Source of the DNA: Candidatus Methylomirabilia bacterium
GTDB taxonomy: Bacteria; Methylomirabilota; Methylomirabilia; Rokubacteriales; DASRDR01
Direction of reading: 5' to 3'
NCBI GenBank assembly: GCA_041497395.1
Contig: JBGQGN010000001.1
Location: 1-27,260, forward strand
Length of the DNA: 27,260 bases
Position numbers and translations under genes: made by a program. Every line of letters starts with the position of its first letter. Position 1 is the first letter of the stretch. Positions 25,151 through 27,260 of this stretch are shown in pieces. The notes beneath the pieces are model-generated. The model ran no database searches. It worked only from the letters and a program-made list of their open reading frames with translations, and was not told where the DNA came from.

Positions 25151-27010
25151 ATGACCCGGTATCCCATCGCCGTCCGCCAGCGGGCCCTGCTCATGTTCGT
25201 GGCGTTGAACTTCCTCGCCGCCGGTCTGCATGCCCAGCGCTTCCTCTTCGCGGAGGACGCGCTGCCGTCCAGCCTGGGGCTCGCGTTCGCCGCGCTGGCG
25301 CTGCTGGCCCAGGTCGGCCTGGCGACGGTGGCCCTCCACGCCGTGCTCGGCGCAGTCGCGCTCGTCGACTCCTGGGCGCTCGCCACCCGCTGCCTGGGGG
25401 CGCTCGCCTTCACGCTGCTCCAGGCCTTCATTTATGTGGACGCGCGGATCTACGGCTTCTTCAGGTTCCACTTCAATGCCCTCGCGCTGAACGTCCTCCT
25501 GACGCCGGGCGGCTTCGAGTCGATGGAGCTCCCGAGCCGGGACGTCGTGATGGCGAGCGCCGGCATCGCGATCTTGCTCGGCCTAGAGCTCCTCGGCTAC
25601 ACGGCCCTGCTCGGGCGGGCCCGAGGGGCCGCGTGGCCGGTCCGGCGTCGCTGGCTCGCGCTCGTGGCCACGGTCCTGGGGCTCGTCGCGGCCGAGCGGC
25701 TGACGTACGCCGCAGGCGATCTCCTCGATATCCCCGGGGTTGTTCGCCAGACGCGGCTCATCCCGCTCTACGAGCCCCTCCGGCTCCGAGAGGTCCGCCA
25801 GCGGCTACGGATCCGGGGCGATGCCGGAGTTCTGACCTATGATCCGACCCGGAGCGCCCTGAACTACCCGCGTGTGCCTGTCGTCGGGACGGTCAGGGCG
25901 GACCACCGGTGGAACGTCGTGTGGATCCTGGTCGAATCCTGGCGCGCGGACACGTTCACCCCCGACAATACGCCGAACATCTGGCAGTTCTCCCGCCAGG
26001 CGCAGGTGTTTCGCCAGCACCTGAGCGGCGGCAATTCGACACGCTTCGGGATCTTCTCCATGATCTACGGTCTTCACGGCACCTACTGGTGGCCGTTCCT
26101 GGCCGAGGGTCGGGAGCCCGTTCTCATCGCGAAGCTCGCCGAGGCGGGTTACCGCTTCAGGATCTCGTCGAGCACCTCCCTCGGGTACCCAGAGCTACAT
26201 CGCACCGCGTTCGTCTCCGTGCGGCCCTTCCTCGTCGACCGCCTCCCGGGCGGGACCGTGGCCGAGCGGGACCTCCAGCAGGCGCGTGCGTTCAAGGCGT
26301 TCCTGGAGGAGACACCTCGAGAGGACGCCTTCTTTGGCTTCCTCTTCTTCGGCGCGCCCCACTTCCCGTTCCGGTTCCCGCCGGAGCACGCGAAGTTCCT
26401 GCCGGTCCTGGCGGATCCGACGATCGCGCAGGCCCAGACGCCAGAGGGGGCCCGGCGGATGTACAACGGCTACCGGAACTCGATCCACTACGTCGACTCG
26501 GTGGTCGGGCCGGTCCTGGCGGCCCTGGAGCGGCGCGGCTTGCTCGACCGAACGATCGTCGTCGTCACGGGGGACCACGGCCAGGAGTTCTACGAGCACG
26601 GGTTCTTCGGCCACGGCAGCGCGTTCACCCCCGAGCAGACCCGCGTCCCGCTCATCATGCACGTGCCCGGGCTGCCCTTCCGCGAGCACGATCACCTGAC
26701 GCAGCACCAGGACCTGCCGGCCACGATGCTGGCCCTCCTCGGAATCGACGACCCACCGGAGGGCTACAGCCTCGGCCGGAACATGCTGGAGGGGAGCGGG
26801 CGGCCGTACGCGGTCGTGTGCGGCTTCCGGGAGTGCGCGCTCCAGGACTCGGAGGGCTGGCTGGTCTTCGGGATGGAGGGCAAAACCTCGCTCTTGCTCG
26901 AAGCGCGCAACCGCGACTACGCGGAGATCGAGGATTCGGGCCCCGCCGTGAGCCGGCGCCTCAGCCACTTGACCGCGATCATGCGGGAGATGCGGCTCTT
27001 CGCGCGGTAG
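25151..27010 (+). CDS. YejM/PbgA (DUF3413)-like inner-membrane sulfatase-fold protein (619 aa)
   Basis: About five N-terminal TM segments including YVDARIYGFFRFHFN, linker LNYP, then an alkaline-phosphatase-superfamily domain: ILVESWRAD, HLSGGNSTRFGIFSMIYGL, PHFPF, Y.NSIHYVD, VTGDHGQEF and QTRVPL. ATG 25151 chosen. Confidence 0.72.
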   Translation: MTRYPIAVRQRALLMFVALNFLAAGLHAQRFLFAEDALPSSLGLAFAALALLAQVGLATVALHAVLGAVALVDSWALATRCLGALAFTLLQAFIYVDARIYGFFRFHFNALALNVLLTPGGFESMELPSRDVVMASAGIAILLGLELLGYTALLGRARGAAWPVRRRWLALVATVLGLVAAERLTYAAGDLLDIPGVVRQTRLIPLYEPLRLREVRQRLRIRGDAGVLTYDPTRSALNYPRVPVVGTVRADHRWNVVWILVESWRADTFTPDNTPNIWQFSRQAQVFRQHLSGGNSTRFGIFSMIYGLHGTYWWPFLAEGREPVLIAKLAEAGYRFRISSSTSLGYPELHRTAFVSVRPFLVDRLPGGTVAERDLQQARAFKAFLEETPREDAFFGFLFFGAPHFPFRFPPEHAKFLPVLADPTIAQAQTPEGARRMYNGYRNSIHYVDSVVGPVLAALERRGLLDRTIVVVTGDHGQEFYEHGFFGHGSAFTPEQTRVPLIMHVPGLPFREHDHLTQHQDLPATMLALLGIDDPPEGYSLGRNMLEGSGRPYAVVCGFRECALQDSEGWLVFGMEGKTSLLLEARNRDYAEIEDSGPAVSRRLSHLTAIMREMRLFAR

Positions 27011-27140
27011 GCCCGTAGCGAGGCGTCTCCGCCTCCCCGCGTGGCCCGTTGGGGCCCGCTCGAGGAATCGCGCGGATCGGCTCCTGACAGGCCGGGACCG
27101 CCAGCCGGTCGTTGGGACCGTCTACCACCCGTCGTCCCCC

Positions 27141-27156
27141 TGTCAACTGGATGACA
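27141..27156. promoter_or_regulatory. Palindrome TGTCA-N6-TGACA (CRP/FNR-family type site)
   Basis: Perfect 5+5 inverted repeat with the 6-bp spacer typical of CRP-family sites, centred about 62 bp upstream of the predicted TSS. Confidence 0.45.
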
Positions 27157-27174
27157 CCGCGGCCACATTTCCTC

Positions 27175-27204
27175 TTGACAGGTGCTTTCACTCGGAGATA
27201 GGCT
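27175..27204 (+). promoter_or_regulatory. sigma70-like promoter for a gene beyond the right edge
   Basis: TTGACA (27175-27180), 18 bp, TAGGCT (27199-27204), in a locally AT-richer stretch. Confidence 0.65.
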
Positions 27205-27240
27205 TTCAGCGCACGCTGAAAATGTTCGGACAAGTGAAAG
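27185..27240. repeat. Concentric inverted repeats overlapping the promoter
   Basis: CTTTCACT(27185-92)-N11-TTTCAGCG(27204-11)-CA-CGCTGAAA(27214-21)-N11-AGTGAAAG(27233-40). Both repeat pairs share the centre 27212.5. Confidence 0.75.
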
Positions 27241-27260
27241 TATGGTTCGGATCGTCGAAT

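Noticed and set aside
132-27233. Many long alternative-frame and antisense ORFs in the track (e.g. 2559-4331+, 7136-9118+, 9447-12107-, 17069-19147-, 19449-21425-, 22218-23906-)
   Set aside because: They are shadow ORFs of well-supported genes, expected in GC-rich DNA where stops are scarce. They are Arg/Pro/Gly-rich with no recognisable motifs.
1-27260. CRISPR arrays, tRNA/rRNA, IS/integrase or prophage genes
   Set aside because: I saw no regularly spaced repeats, RNA-gene signatures or mobile-element proteins in the window.

Overview
GC-rich bacterial chromosomal window (about 70% GC by eye) with no mobile elements, rRNA/tRNA or CRISPR. Left to right: (1) two minus-strand MFS transporters, the first truncated by the window edge. 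(2) A thioredoxin-fold protein that the ORF track splits in two. It is one frame with an in-frame TGA in a WASW-U-GC motif followed by a SECIS-like hairpin, i.e. a probable selenoprotein. (3) A minus-strand Pup-type proteasome locus arc(mpa)-dop-prcB-prcA-pafA. There is no pup/UBact gene at its usual dop-prcB position and no pafBC. Upstream of arc are both a sigma70-like and a near-consensus sigma54 (-24/-12) promoter. (4) A divergent orphan family-5 ABC substrate-binding protein and a double-hotdog thioesterase. (5) A housekeeping run yebC-ruvC-ruvA-ruvB-DUF2905-spoIID-like-csaA-queA-tgt-yajC-secD-secF-rel-minimal zincin. (6) A YejM/PbgA-like membrane sulfatase-fold protein. (7) A structured promoter for a gene beyond the right edge. 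A sigma54 motif and a YejM-like protein suggest a non-actinobacterial, probably diderm host. The style resembles Rokubacteria/Methylomirabilota, but this is inference only. All product calls come from motif recognition, not database searches.
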